From: Phoronis australis
Lineage: Eukaryota; Animalia; Phoronida
Direction of reading: 5' to 3'
Assembly: GCA_002633005.1 (NCBI GenBank)
Contig: NMRA01000141.1
Coordinates: 1 to 64,000 of the forward strand
DNA: 64,000 nucleotides
The translations under genes were made by a program, and so were the position numbers. The notes beneath the pieces are model-generated. The model saw only the letters and a program-made list of their open reading frames with translations, had not been told where the DNA came from and made no database searches. Every line of letters begins with the position of its first letter. The first letter of the stretch is position 1. Shown here piece after piece: positions 26,575 through 39,898 of the stretch.

Positions 26575-28025
26575 CCGTATTCGTTCGGCTTACCGCCCAC
26601 TCCCGAAATTTTCAATTTTTCATTTTTAAGCGCCCATGCTCTGCTTTCCGCCCACCCCCAATTTTTCATGATCGAGACTTTCTTAAAAGTGTCTGCTTCT
26701 GTGAAAGTTCGTCGCTGAAAACTAAGATTCCAAAACGTGCGCACATCACTTACCTTTAGAGAAAATCAATCAGTTTTAGCGATACCGGGACCTTGCCTTA
26801 CAATGGCGATAAAATATCCGACGGGTGTATTCTCAATGCACTTTACTGAAGGAGACACAATTATTTGTTTTGGCTCACCCGCGGAACTCGTGTTAGCATT
26901 CACTGATCACTGAGACAGCGCTTATCAAATACATTTCATTGCCAGGGAAGAACCAGCAAAGCAGTACTTGACAGGAATTTCAAGTCCGTGGCCTACCTCT
27001 CTGTGATTCCCCGTGAGTGCCGTGACAGTACACCAAACATCACCACCCTTAGCAATGAAATGAGAAAAAAACACGAGAACACCGACATAATTTTGGATGC
27101 ATTGTTTTGTATACAAGCAGACAGGAATCATTGCGAACAGCCAACTTGTCTCACTGTTCCCTGCCTTGAACGCATCTTTTAAATGACTCACTTCCACACC
27201 AAAATGGAAGCACCCAACCAACAGCAACAGCGCAAGAAATCAACTTGTCATTAACCGCTAGTCATAAACTCTATCCACATCTACGTTGTCAAAAACTTAT
27301 TTTTTTGAACTCTTGATTTGCCTGATGTCTTTTTACATGATGTGTTTTTGCTTCATTATTTTTGCAGCCAACCTAGCATCCCTATTGCCTAAGAGAGGTA
27401 TGGTGGGATTGTTAAGCAGGTGCTTTGAACAAGAGGTTCAATTCAGAAAGAAATATACAAGGTATATAAAATGTTTCATTTTTCAAACTAGGTTCAAAGC
27501 ATTTTAATGTTTTTAAAAGAACTGAGACCTGTCAATCATTAGCACGAGTTTTGGTTGCCAAAGTGTCTAGGGAACAAATCTACAAAATCAGGTGCTTCCC
27601 TTCTACATACGGGGTGCACTAGCGGAGTTTTGCTTGATCTGCCTTTTCTCTCAAGAAACTTGCCCTACTGAATGCATGCCTACCTGTAGGAATACCTTAG
27701 TTCTAAAAGATGACGAGCAGTGACGGAAGTATTTAAAAAACTCAATCACGCTCGGGATCACGGCGCCAATGTGGCGAGTGCGCTATTCCACTTCAGAGAG
27801 TCAAAGTTCGTTACTCCAACCCGCCGACGTATACTTGAACTGCTATTCTTGAAGTCTGACGTCAGTGTAGTTCCGTGAGGGTAAAATCGGTCCTACGTGT
27901 AGCAAGCACCCACTACTGACTTTTCAAAAATTTCGTTTTGAACCGCCCATGCTTGGCTTACCGCCCAGCCCGTTTTTTCAGATTCCCAATTTAAGCACCC
28001 TGAGCAATAACCCTGACGAATACAG
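26575..28025. mobile_element. Non-autonomous Tc1/mariner/pogo-like element with TA TSD, carrying a HIRAN-like ORF remnant
   Basis: Termini ta|CCGTATTCGT ... ACGAATACAG|ta; subterminal ggcttaccgccca and cgccca repeats at both ends. Minus-strand ORF 26925-27227 ends ..GGDVWCTVT..TG....GLEIPVKYCFAG. Confidence 0.75.
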
Positions 28026-29579
28026 TAATACTTCTCATGCAATATTATTCTCATGTACATAGCTAATCCAAGTTGTACTGTATCTGTATTATACCAATGA
28101 TATCAATGTTAAATAAATGACATGTTCATCCTACATAAAATCTCCACGTAACACAAGTCTTCAATGTTTCAACAAATGTCTAAAACATGAATTTAATTGT
28201 AATTTTTCTTAACTCTTAGCCATGGTTGCTCAAACCTCTCATTTTCCCTGGCAAAATAACTTTCAACAACTTATAAATAAAAGCCTTTATTAGTTAATGT
28301 CAACGTCCAACAAAAATTCAAAGTGACAAATGAAAGACATGTGACATAATTTCTTCATATACAATTATCAAATCTTTATTGTTTATCAAGAAAAGTTTTT
28401 TATAAATGCATTAAGTGAATGCAACTTGACGTTTTGTCTATGTAATAATTTTGTACCTGTCCAATAGATTTAAAGTTACAACCTTGAAATATGTATTAAA
28501 CAAAACATTTGTTTACTAACCCTTCCTTGGGTGAGCTTCCAAAAGAGTGCACTCTTGTCTTCCAAGAGTTGAGTAGACTTTGACTTCGAATGTGACGGAA
28601 CTTTCCTCGCAGTTGTCTGTGGCAGCCACAGAGACATTTATGAACAATATTATGTTGGCCTGAGAAGAAAAAAATGATTTAAAATTATGAATAAAAGGAG
28701 ACATAAAAAACAAGGGAAGATAAGTTTTAAGTTCACATGAACTATAGACATTATCTTTTTGCCGAACAACTTAACGTGTCTAAATCTTTCAACCACATGA
28801 TGCAATTTCTGAAAAATCAGTTACTTTTCCTTTTATTTTAAACTTTACAATTATAAACTGCATTCAGCTTTCGTAATCATGTTCAAGTTAGAATCTAATA
28901 AATAGTCATTGAAGTTGTAAATTTTCATAAATAGCAAAGTCAGCAGGGCTTCCTCATGCATGAGCACCGAGTTGACCTTGAGACAGCACAAATAGACAGC
29001 CTCACAGCAATTCTTGAGTTGAGATTCGTCTCCATTTGAATGAATGTGGATATGGAATTCGCCACCATAGACAGGTCCCTTTAAGAAGTTGTTTGCAGGT
29101 CCTTCCAACTTGGAGTAAGTATATTTGATTGGTCAATCACAACCTTATTACCTTCATGGAATTTCGGCATTGTTTGGTTGACGTGTGTTTGGTTGTAGGT
29201 ATTGGTGTTTTGCAGACGATGCGATGTATAGGTGTATGGATTCCTACTTTGCACTACTTTGTGATTCGCCCATGTAATATCAAACAATTATTTTTTCGGC
29301 GTTATATTCCAGTCGTGTCATAACACATTCCAGGTCATGTGAGAAATAGTCTGGCTACAGGGAGGGTGGACGAAGACTGAGTGAAACCACCAAAGGTGCC
29401 CCCAGTCCACTAACAAGCTTGAGACAATTTTGTAAAAAGTTGTTAGATATGTTGCTTATTTTTATGAAGATATTTTATCTTAGTTTTTGTTCACTCATAT
29501 TTTGTAAGTACTTTTTACCTTAGTTCTTTCCTATTGATAAAGTATTAAAGAACAAGAGCTTTTTCATATTGTTAGTCAC

Positions 29580-29905
29580 AGCTGCACATGCAATATTCCT
29601 ATGTTGGGCCTGTAAAGAAAACATTAACGGTCCAATAATAGTACTGTACTGGCTCACCACTGCACTTTCATTGGCCTAATATGGGTCCAACAGTGCATCG
29701 ATACTGGGCCTTTCGGGAGCTGAAACCGATTGTGCTGTATTGGCCCAATAATGGCCTGGTACTGGCTGTGTATAGCCACTCAGTACCGGCCTAGTACCAA
29801 ACGGAACTGCAAAATGTTATTGGGCCAGTACTGGCCAACAAAATTGGGCCAATACAGAAGACAGTTCAGGAGCATTGTTGGCCCATTACCTGGATGTTTA
29901 CTGGG
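29580..29905. mobile_element. One end of a CACTA/EnSpm-like element with subterminal repeats
   Basis: Dense tactggc/tattgggcc/ggcccaata repeats ending in tgtttactggg (CCCAGTAAACA on the minus strand). Partner end not seen. Confidence 0.5.
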
Positions 29906-31052
29906 TGATGGGCCAGTGGGGAATGTAGCTGTCAATATCAGTTTTGACAGTGGCAAACCAATGTTTGCATAGTCCAGCTCTCTTAATGTCTGCGCTTTTG
30001 TCTGATAAGTTCATGTAATCCAGCAATTATGTTGTAAACAGCCTGACTGACCCTAACCTCAAAATACCATTTGCAAACGACTTTCAACAAATGTTGTGAA
30101 GTAGATGCATTTTGTATGAAATTCGTTCACAAAAAACTTTGAATGGAGAAAAAATGATTGACTGTCAATGAAATTAGACCAACTTCCATCCTTTGAGTGA
30201 CAGTAAGTTCTAACCACCTTAACCACAGTATTGTGTAACAACACAAAAGGCTTGCATGATAAGTTTAATCCACAGGGATTCCAGATTAGACTGTGATAGT
30301 CGAAATTTCTTGATTTTTACACTCCAGGGGAATGGTGCCATACAAACGAGGACTTGAGGTGCTGTTTTGAAAAGATATGATTTTTGGTCGTCTTGTGATT
30401 TCCTGCAATGCATGATAGGTGCAGTAAAGGTTCCTTGAATTCGAAAAAAAAATTATATTTTTGTTTTCAAGAGCTTGCTGCATTGTTGAAAATGTTCAAA
30501 ATTTCATCATGTGTTAGCTGGTTAATAAAACAATATTTCCTTCTCGTTTGTTATTGCCACTAAAGAAAATTTGGCAATGCTGTTATTTTGCATTTGAAAT
30601 TGAAGAAACACCAAGAAAAATATAATTATAACAAATGAAAAAACTAGCATAAAATGTACTGTCACCTTTACAAGTTTTGTGTTTTTCCATTTCTTCACAA
30701 AGACGCGTGTTCATGAATTCACATCACTGATATAACAGGAATAAGGGGCTCTAGGATGTATCATAGTGGTGATAACCCGGATTGTTCTAAAACTAAGACT
30801 GAGTGAAGCTCGTGACGTACTATCGCCCCTGTATGCCTGTGGCATCCAGGGCGATGCAATTGCCCAACAGGGGCAATAGTACATCCCCATAAAAAGTTAC
30901 CCATTTCAAAATACAGCAAATAAGATCAAATGAAACATGCATAAATGCACATGGAGTTATAACTGACACATACCATGACTCTGATTACAATTTAGTCGGC
31001 ATAACTTGAAAATATCCATGAAAATCTGTCGCGGTTCGCTTGAGTTTCTCTC

Positions 31053-33456
31053 ACTGGGTGAGAATTTTACACGTTTGACACGCTTTTGAGCGTGTCAAAC
31101 GTGTCAGACGTGTAAAAGAACGTGTAATACGTGTCAAAATTGCCATGTTAACGTGTAAAACGTGTAAAAACATGACACTCTAGCGTGTCAAACGTGTAAA
31201 ATTTGCCACGTTAGCGTGTCAAACATGTAAAATTTGCCACGTTAGCGTGTCGAACGTGTAAAATTTGCCACGTTAGCGTGTCGAACGTGTAAAATTTGCC
31301 ATGTTAGCGTGTCAAACGTGTAAAAATTGACACGCTAGCGTGTCAAACGTGTAAAATTTGCCACATTAGCGTGTCAAACGTGTAAAGTTTGCCACGTTAA
31401 CGTGTCAAACGTGTAAAGTTTGACACGCTAGCATATCAAACGTGTAAAGTGTGACACGCTACGGTGTCAAACGTGTAAAATTTTGACACGCTAGCGTGTC
31501 GAACGTGTAAAATTTTGACACGCTAGCGTGTCGAACGTGTAAAATATGATAGAACTCTTCAATAAAGATACAATTTAAATAGGCTTGGCAGTTCTGAAAA
31601 GGCCACTGGGAGGTAATCACCCAATTTGAATGATTAAACATGTTCCCTCAATAACATCAAAGAGTTTGCAACAAAAGTTTTCACTGTCTATTGAAATATC
31701 CAAACATTGAGTTAGAGTTGGTTTAGCTGTCAGAGAGTGCAGTCCTCTCAGGAGAGCACTTATGAAGTATGGTTTTCGAGTNGTTTTCACTGCCTATTCA
31801 AATATCCAAATACTGAGTTAGAGTTGGTTTAGCTGTCAGAGAGTGCAGTCGTGTCAGGAAAGCACTTATGAAGTATGGTTTTCGAGTGTGGTGCAGCTGT
31901 AACAGAAGTTTAGTATGTATATACTCTGGTTGACAGTGGCTTGATAAACTTTTCTTGCAAATGGTCCTTCTTTTTACAGGTAAGTTTGATTGATTGTAAC
32001 AGAAAACAAGAGTCAGTAGAAACTGTTGACTATGCAGTTAATATATGAAGTTGGAACGCCTCTCATCTTCAGTAGTATATCAATTCATAGTATTGTTGTT
32101 ATTGGAACAACTCACATTTTGTGTCAGCTTGAATGAGGATAAGACATAGTGTGTAGAGGTTTGGGCTGCAAAATCAACATGAAGTCAATGTTATGACAAA
32201 TGTTGAATGACTGTTTGTAATTCAAAGATGTTACAAAGTGCGTCTGTTCTTTACTTCATAAACTGTCTTCAAGCAACTGACCTGACTCAAAAGCTTAGAC
32301 TTACATGCATATATATAGCAGCTTAAGCACTTCAAATTTGTATGTTGAACCATTTTCTTATTTCTGTGTTAATGTTATTCTAGATGAAATGAAATTTAGT
32401 GACAACAGTATGTGGTAAGAGTTGGATAGTTACATTATCCTTTTAATGATTCTATATCATTATCACATTTTGGATTATTTACATCAACAGTAACAATAAA
32501 CTGTGACTTAAAGAAGAAATCCCTTTATACATTTGCTTTCAGTATGGATTCCCATGGTGGATGGTGAGCTGCTATAAACAAGAACATTATGGCTTGTACA
32601 CGGCCTCAGGCTAAATGTAGGGTCGCTACCATGGCAATGGCACAGATTACAGGCTAGCGTGTCAAAAGCGCCACGTTTGACACGCTAGCGTGTCAAAAGT
32701 GCCACGTTTTTGCCACGTTTTGGCACGCCACGTTTGACACGCTGTCGCCACGTTTTACACGCTTATCACCACGTTCGACACGCTAGCGTGTCAAAAGTGC
32801 CACGCTTTTGCCACGTTTTGGCACGCCACGTTCGACACGCTATCGCCACGTTTTACACGTTTATCGCCACGTTCGACACGCTAGCGTGTCAAAAGTGCCA
32901 CGTTTTTGCCACGTTTTGGCACGCCACGTTCGACACGCTATCGCCACGTTTTACACGCTTATCGCCACGTTCGACACGCTAGCGTGTCAAAAGTGCCACG
33001 CTTTTGCCACGTTTTGGTACGCCACGTTCGACACGCTATCGCCACGTTTTACACGTTTATCGCCACGTTCGACACGCTAGCGTGTCAAAAGTGCCACGTT
33101 TTTGCCACGTTTTGGCATGCCACGTTCGACACGCTATCGCCACGTTTTACACGTTTATCGCCACGTTCGACACGCTAGCGTGTCAAAAGTGCCACGTTTT
33201 TGCCACGTTTTGGCATGCCACGTTCGACACGCTATCGCCACGTTTTACACGCTTATCGCCACGTTTGACACGCAAAGTGTGTCAAACGTGGAGTATTGGA
33301 ACGAAAATTACACGTTTTTGACACGTTCTTGACACGTTTGACACGCTACATTTTACATGTTTGACACGCCACGTTTTACACGTTCGACACGTTTTTAGGG
33401 CGTTCCAATATTCCACGTTTTTAGAGCGTGTCAAACGTGTCAAATTCTCACCCGGG
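31053..33456 (+). mobile_element. Foldback-like non-autonomous CACTA/EnSpm-type element, copy 1
   Basis: TIR gggtgagaatt(t)(t/g)acacgtttgacacgct / aattctcacccggg. Contains a 31-bp tandem array (~31170-31545), a unique ~1.1-kb core and a 98-bp tandem array (~32670-33275). N join at 31782. Confidence 0.8.
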
Positions 33457-33514
33457 AATGATATGTAATTTTTGACTCATCGGCTTTTAATAGTTTTAAC
33501 CAATATTTCATAAT

Positions 33515-33860
33515 TCAAGGAAGTCGGTAAGCAATCAAGGAGTAACGACCCATCTCAGCTCTAACAGTCGATGAAATTGCCGTGCTAGGCAAATTTAAAA
33601 TTTCTTTACAAAATTTTGTGTTGACTATTTCAATACATTCGCAATCACTAAAACCCCAGATCTCACAGCCATAATGAAGTATCGGCAATATTTTACAATC
33701 GAATAATTTTAAACTAACTTCAACAGGGAGTGCATTAAAACCATTGACATTTTTTCTCATTAAATTCACTGCCTTAGTAGCCTGTAATGATAGAGTTTTC
33801 TGTGTGCAAGACCATGAACCTTTCGTAGTAAACATTAATCCTAGATATTTATATGCCATG
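33515..33860 (-). mobile_element. RTEX/RTE-like non-LTR retrotransposon, RT C-terminal fragment
   Basis: YKYLGLMF...LKLFDCKILPILHYGCEIWG...IEIVNTKFCKEILNL...VRAEMGRYSL. Confidence 0.8.
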
Positions 33861-34086
33861 TCATGAACACATCCACTAGCACAAGAAACTGTAGGAACAC
33901 CACATTTATCCACCTTCACTCTTATCAGGCTTCTGTTGTGAGTCGGCATGCGTGAATAATTGGCTGATAAGCCACCTCTAGAACTACTTTTGGCGGAATG
34001 GATGACCAGGCCATAAAATGATAATTAGCCAAGATCAGTAACTAATGCAACAAAGAATAATGTAGTAGCATCACCTAGCCTTGGTG

Positions 34087-35919
34087 CCCGGGTGAGAATT
34101 TGACACGTTTGACACGCTCTAAAAACGTGGAGTATTGAAACGCTCTAAAAACGTGTCAAACGTGTAAAACGTGGCGTGTCAAACATGTAAAATGTAGCGT
34201 GTCAAACGTGTCAAGAACGTGTCAAACGTGTCAAGAACGTGTCAAAAACGTGTAATTTTCGTTCCAATACTCCACGTTTGACACGCTTAGCGTGTCAAAT
34301 GTGGCGATAAGCGTGTAAAACGTGGCGATAGCGTGTCGAACGTGGCGTGCCAAAACGTGGCTCTTTTGACACGCTAGCGTGTCGAACGTGGCAATAAGCG
34401 TGTAAAACGTGACGATAGCGTGTCGAACGTGGCGTGCCAAAACGTGGCAAAAACGTGGCACTTTTGACAAGCTAGCGTGTCAAACGTGGCGATAGCGTGT
34501 CGAATGTGGCTTGCCAAAACGTGGCAAAAACGTGGCACTTTTGACACCCTAGCGTGTCAAACGTGGCGCTTTTGACACGCTAGCCTGTAATCTGTGTCAT
34601 TGCCATGGTAGCGACCCTACATTTAGCCTGAGGCCGTGTACAAGCCATAATGTTCTTGTTTATAGCAGCTCACCATCCACCATGGGAATCCATACTGAAA
34701 ACAAATGTATAAAGGGATTTCTTCTTTAAGTCACAGTTTATTGTTACTGTTGATGTAAATAATCCAAAATATGATAATGATATAGAATCATTAAAAGGAT
34801 AATGTAACTATCCAACTCTTACCACATACTGTTGTCACTAAATTTCATTTCATCTAGAATAACATTAACACAGAAATAAGAAAATGGTTCAACATACAAA
34901 GTTGAAGTGCTTAAGCTGCTATATATATGCATATAAGTCTAAGCTTTTGAGTCAGGCCAGTTGCTTGAAAACAGTTTATGAAGTAAAGAACAGACACACT
35001 TTGTAACATCTTTGAATTACCAAGAGTGATTTAACATTTGTCATAACATTGAGTTCACGTTGATTTTGCAGCCCAAACCTCTAAACACAATGTCTTATCC
35101 TCATTCAAGCTGACACAAACTGTGAGTTTATCCAATAACAACAATATTATGAATTGATATACTACTGAAGATGAGAGGCGTTCCGACTTCATATATTAAC
35201 TGCGTAGTCAACAGTTTCTACTGACTCTTGTTTTCTGTTACAATCAAACTTACCTGTAAAAAGAAGGACCATTTGCAAGAAAAGTTTTTCAAGCCACTGT
35301 CAACCAGAGTATATACATACTAAACTTCTGTTAGAGCTGCACCACACTCGAAAACCATACTTCATAAGTGCCCTCCTGAGAGGACTGCACTCTCTGACAG
35401 CTAAGCCAACTCTAACTCAGTATTTGGATATTTCAATAGGCAGTGAAAACTTTTGTTGCAAACTCTTTGATGTTATTGAGGGAACATGTTTAATCATTCA
35501 AATTGGGTGATTACCTCCCAGTGGCCTTTTCAGAACTGCCAAGCCTATTTAAATTGTATCTTTATTGAAGAGTTCTATCATATTTTACATGTTCGACACG
35601 CTAGCGTGTCAAAATTTTACACGTTCGACACGCTAACGTGTCAAAATTTTACACGTTTGACACCGTAGCGTGTCACATTTTACACGTTTGATATGCTAGT
35701 GTGTCAAACTTTACACGTTTGACACGTTAACGTGGCAAACTTTACACATTTGACACGCTAACGTGGCAAATTTTACACGTTTGACATGCTTGCGTGTCAA
35801 ATTTTACACGTTTGACACGCTAACGTGGCAAATTTTACACGTTTGACACGCTAACGTGGCAAATTTTACACGTTTGACACGCTCAAAAGCGTGTCAAACG
35901 TGTAAAATTCTCACCCGGG
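34087..35919 (-). mobile_element. Foldback-like non-autonomous CACTA/EnSpm-type element, copy 2 (inverted)
   Basis: tg|CCCGGGTGAGAATT ... AATTCTCACCCGGG|tg (2-bp TSD TG). Reverse complement of copy 1 with fewer array units. Confidence 0.85.
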
Positions 35920-36522
35920 TGGAAAGCTGTATGCTGTATTGGCTCTAATGAACGCTTAGAAAAATTCATTTCACAGGGAGGGGATTCTTATTGTGGCCTA
36001 CGGCAGTTGAGAGCCGGTTTCCCAAACGGGTAAAATCGGAAGCTAGGATTCATAAAATTTACGCTCTGTGACGTATTTTTAGCCTATGACAGTCTTTCTA
36101 CAAAATTGTGGTGCATTGCTATGAACTTCCATTGTTAAATTACAATAAGTTTTCAAAAAATTGTGCTCATCACAGGGCGAAAACTTGCCGACTGATGCGT
36201 CGCTGAATCGGCATCGTCAATAGGAAAACTTGAACTCTTGAATAAAAATATAGTTTCGACTCAACAAATTACCTGAAATCTTCCTTATGTTCTACAATTT
36301 TTAAAGTTCATGTGGAGTCCAGATTAATTGCGATTAAGTGCAAATCTGCGCTACATCGTACCCCACAACACGAGAAAAATCTCTGGATGAAGACACATGT
36401 TGTTGTCACGTGACGTTTGTTTTGAAGTTCGTCTGCATATGAGAGTGAGTGCCGGAGCGCGCGTGTGTGGGTCATCGACGATAGACTTTTTTGTTACAAA
36501 AGGCGGAGGATTATGCTGGAAA

Positions 36523-36571
36523 ATGGCGTTTACTAGATTGTTTTTTCATTTAAACGCCTGCAACGTGCAAG
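36523..36571 (+). CDS. Candidate first coding exon of an orphan gene
   Basis: CpG-rich upstream region with a gtcacgtgac E-box palindrome; aaaATGGCG start context; MAFTRLFFHLNACNVQ; strong donor AAG|GTGAGT; phase 1. Confidence 0.4.
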
Positions 36572-37580
36572 GTGAGTGCTGGTTAACTCACAGATTTTGT
36601 GTGCACAGGCCGACGGTCGTTAGCTTTACCGTGGAGTATTAATAGTCCAAGGCTCGATCTACATGTTGGGGACGAAGTGAACTACCCGGGCTGTGTAAAA
36701 TTTCTGGGTCTAACGGAGACACTGACGCAGTGGTCAGCCAGCTCGCTGTATCAAGACTATAGTCAAAATCCAAATTCGTTTTATCGTGTCCCTGTCTGTA
36801 ATAACGGCATGCTAAAGTTTCTTAATTTTCGTACTTCAGGAACATAACAATCACGTGTTTTGTACACATAAGCGCACGCCGCAGATCACATCTCGGAAAT
36901 TTCCGATTTGACGGATGACAATGAATGAGCACAATGAAATTAAACAATGTCGTTTTACAGCTTGTAAGATTCATAATAAACGTATTTTGAATATTGATAT
37001 GCAATGTGTTCCAAAATCTAAATAATTTGGGTCCTACATTTTTGTATTCATGCACGCCGAATGAAAGTAATCGTGAGTGTTGCTGTGTTGCAAAATCTCT
37101 TATCCTGGGCCGATATGAAAAATTCAGAGTTGTACTCCTATTTGTTTTCGCTCCTCTTTTCAAATATTACAGTAAAAACTACATAAAACTCTCTCCATAA
37201 AAAGTACAGTCTGCTTTGCTATATTGTAATCAGCCGATCATATCTGCATGAGCGAAGCCAATTATTCTCGCTCGTGACTCGATGAATAGAGCAGCTTGGC
37301 GGCATCCCTTCGATCGTGAGCCGAGCGCGACTCAGCCAAGGTGGATAAATACGGTCTAGTTCAATTTTCCAAACCCCACTCTTTACCCTGACAGGCGGGG
37401 TTTGGACCAATCTTATTTAGTGGGAATGTTTATAGCATGTAAAAGGCATCTGTCAGTATCAAAATGACTGAACAACAGGCGCTAATGAAATATTTATTCG
37501 TCGACATAACGCATGAACGAGTAGGTTACATTTTCATCCAAGAATGTTATGTTCATTAAACATATGCATACTGCCTCAGA

Positions 37581-37955
37581 TCAATCCTCATCTCTGTCTT
37601 CACATTCCTCAGAAATTTGATTTTGTGGATTGTCACAATATGTCGCTAGGCACAATCTACATGTAGATGTACATGCAAGCCCATTCTTTCTGCAACTGCA
37701 CCGGGGCGTGCTACCAGCTGTAGTACAGTTGCAGTGTATCATCTAGAGGAGTGTCTGGTGCAGCATTCATGGCAGTTATGTGTACGAATTGATTGTTTTT
37801 AAGTCTCCAGCCCCAGTCTAAAGGTTCCCGATCATGTGCCATCCCCATCCAAACCTTGACCTGGTAGTACACTCGAGACAATGAAACCTGGTGACTGATT
37901 CCGTTGGTGGAAGATGTTCAGGAGTAGCGAAAGACTTAGCAGCAGGAAGCTTCTT
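37581..37955 (-). pseudogene. DNA transposase C-terminal remnant with CXC (tesmin-like) domain, probably a divergent Tc1/mariner-related group
   Basis: Across two frameshifts: PEHLPPTESVTRFHCL-RVYYQVKVW...PLDWGW...AAPD..-MIHCNCT....PRCSCRKNGLACTSTCRLC....CDNP...DED*. Confidence 0.8.
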
Positions 37956-39141
37956 GAGTTGTGTCCCCTTTAAACACATTATGCAATCCCCAATCTCCTT
38001 TCGTACCTCATGCCTGCCTGGTTATCCGACAATGCATACAAACTTAATACAGCCGGGGACCAGGCAACGACCTTGATACGAATTTTCTAAAATGGGAAAG
38101 CGTTAACGGTTAGGGCTTGCTTATGAAATTAGAAACAGTAAGATTTCTGCTTCATTCATTTTATCATGTCCGAGTTTAGAAACGACATTGTGAATTGTAC
38201 TGCTGGGCGTGACATCCAACTGTTTAATCAACCATAGCCCTGTGCCAAAATGACGATATTGAATGTTAACCAGTCTCAGATTCGTCTGCATGGACTGGAT
38301 TATACATCGTCTGTTATGCCGGACAACGCCAATCCACTATCACTGATTTATGTTTGGCAAGACGACATCAACGGAAGTTTCGTTGCATGAATTAGTTTAT
38401 TACGTGTACAAAGTTCACATATTTCTGTTCTTTGTTTGTCACTTAGTGGATAATTGAATTTCAATACTGTTTTTTGTACTCAAGTGCAACAGAGATCATA
38501 CTATGCCGGACACTTCATTGCCAATTTGTCTTGCGAAGTGTCCTTTACCCAGATACTTCCACTACATGATGCTTCGGTTAAGGTTTTGTCTATGATTAGC
38601 AAACTTCAACCAATTACATCTGATTTTCAAATTTTGCCTGGGGAAGGTCTCCCAACCCCCTCCCCCCCGTGATGGGAGGATCTCACTTCATCCCATGCTC
38701 TCATGTGGCGCCGGGCTCCACATCCACGTCGAGCATTCACCACCACGCTCCTTTGGAGACCCCGGACAATAGGGGGATCGCACTTCTCATAATGGCGTGC
38801 AGCAACGGGCTTTGCACCCCGTTTTGGCCATTTACCACCATGCTCCTTTCAAAACACAGGGTAAACACTGCATTAGATGCAATTTGTAATGCCTTTGGAG
38901 TGCTCGTGAGTGCAAGTGATTTGAGAAGCCAGCAATGAATAAATCACTGCGTTACCGGCTTTAGGTGCAATAAAACTAATTGACGGGACACGGAGGCCAT
39001 GTGAGACCATGCTAATTCAATGTTTGCAGACAGAAACTGTTGTGAAACAACTCGGGTTTCCATCCTACGGCCAGGTGTTAGGGGAATCTTTATTTACATT
39101 TACATTATTCATATAATGATAGTCAATGTACAACTTCTGCC

Positions 39142-39898
39142 CTGACGGTTCTGTGACCAAAGCAGAACCCGACTGAATTCGCGGCCCCCGGCGAGTTAGT
39201 AGATTTGCAGTTTTATGGCTAATTCACCTACATAATCGCATGCACATTACTTCTTTGGCTCACTAGTATAGTATTTTCTTGACTGGAAGCTTAGCTTCCA
39301 ACTTTGGCTGGTTTATGTTCTTGATTTCAGTCCTGCCGGTCGCAACGGGCCTGATCGGTTTCAGAGCCAGTGGCCAGGATAACGAGTCTGAGTCCGGCTT
39401 AAACGGGCCTGATCAGGGTCCGAGCCACTGACCAGGATAACAAGCATTTTGTGTGTTTAGAACTAAAAAAAATCACTAGTCTAATCAACACAAATCTTGT
39501 TTTTCCTGTATGTATCTCACGGAACTTCAAATTTATTTCCGAACAGACCCCAAACTCCTGCTACTGACGGGCCTTGCTTGCCGAACTCTGTAGGCTATGG
39601 TGTGTCCAAATACCAATAAATCCGTAACAGTGAAATAAAACAACACATTTTTAAAGAACTCTGTATATTTTTAATTGTTTTACATCGAAGTTTGGTGATT
39701 TATTGGTGTTAAACGGTGAATTCAACCGATAAGCTGACACCAGTAACCTATATTGTGAACTGCTGAACAGACTGCGTGTGAAATCAATTACGTCATTGGA
39801 TAATTTCAACACCTCCGTCTGCCGTCGTGCCGTTATCGAGTAGAACTGCTCGATCTAAATTGATACAAATTAGGTTATTTTTTGGGTGGCATGCTCCT
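39142..39898 (-). mobile_element. Kolobok-like DNA transposon end inserted in Gypsy RT
   Basis: GGGTGGCATGCTCCT followed by TTAA (39899-39902). Inverted homolog of 22259-22878. Cuts the Gypsy RT at RLPYGI. Confidence 0.7.

Noticed and set aside
28851-30480. Crypton-like or integrase-like remnants on the minus strand (e.g. GPVYGGEFHIHIH)
   Set aside because: No catalytic motifs could be read consistently.
31075-35910. CRISPR-like appearance and repetitive ORFs (MPRFGTPRSTR...)
   Set aside because: Units are contiguous with no unique spacers and no cas genes. The ORFs are translations of 31-bp and 98-bp tandem repeats.
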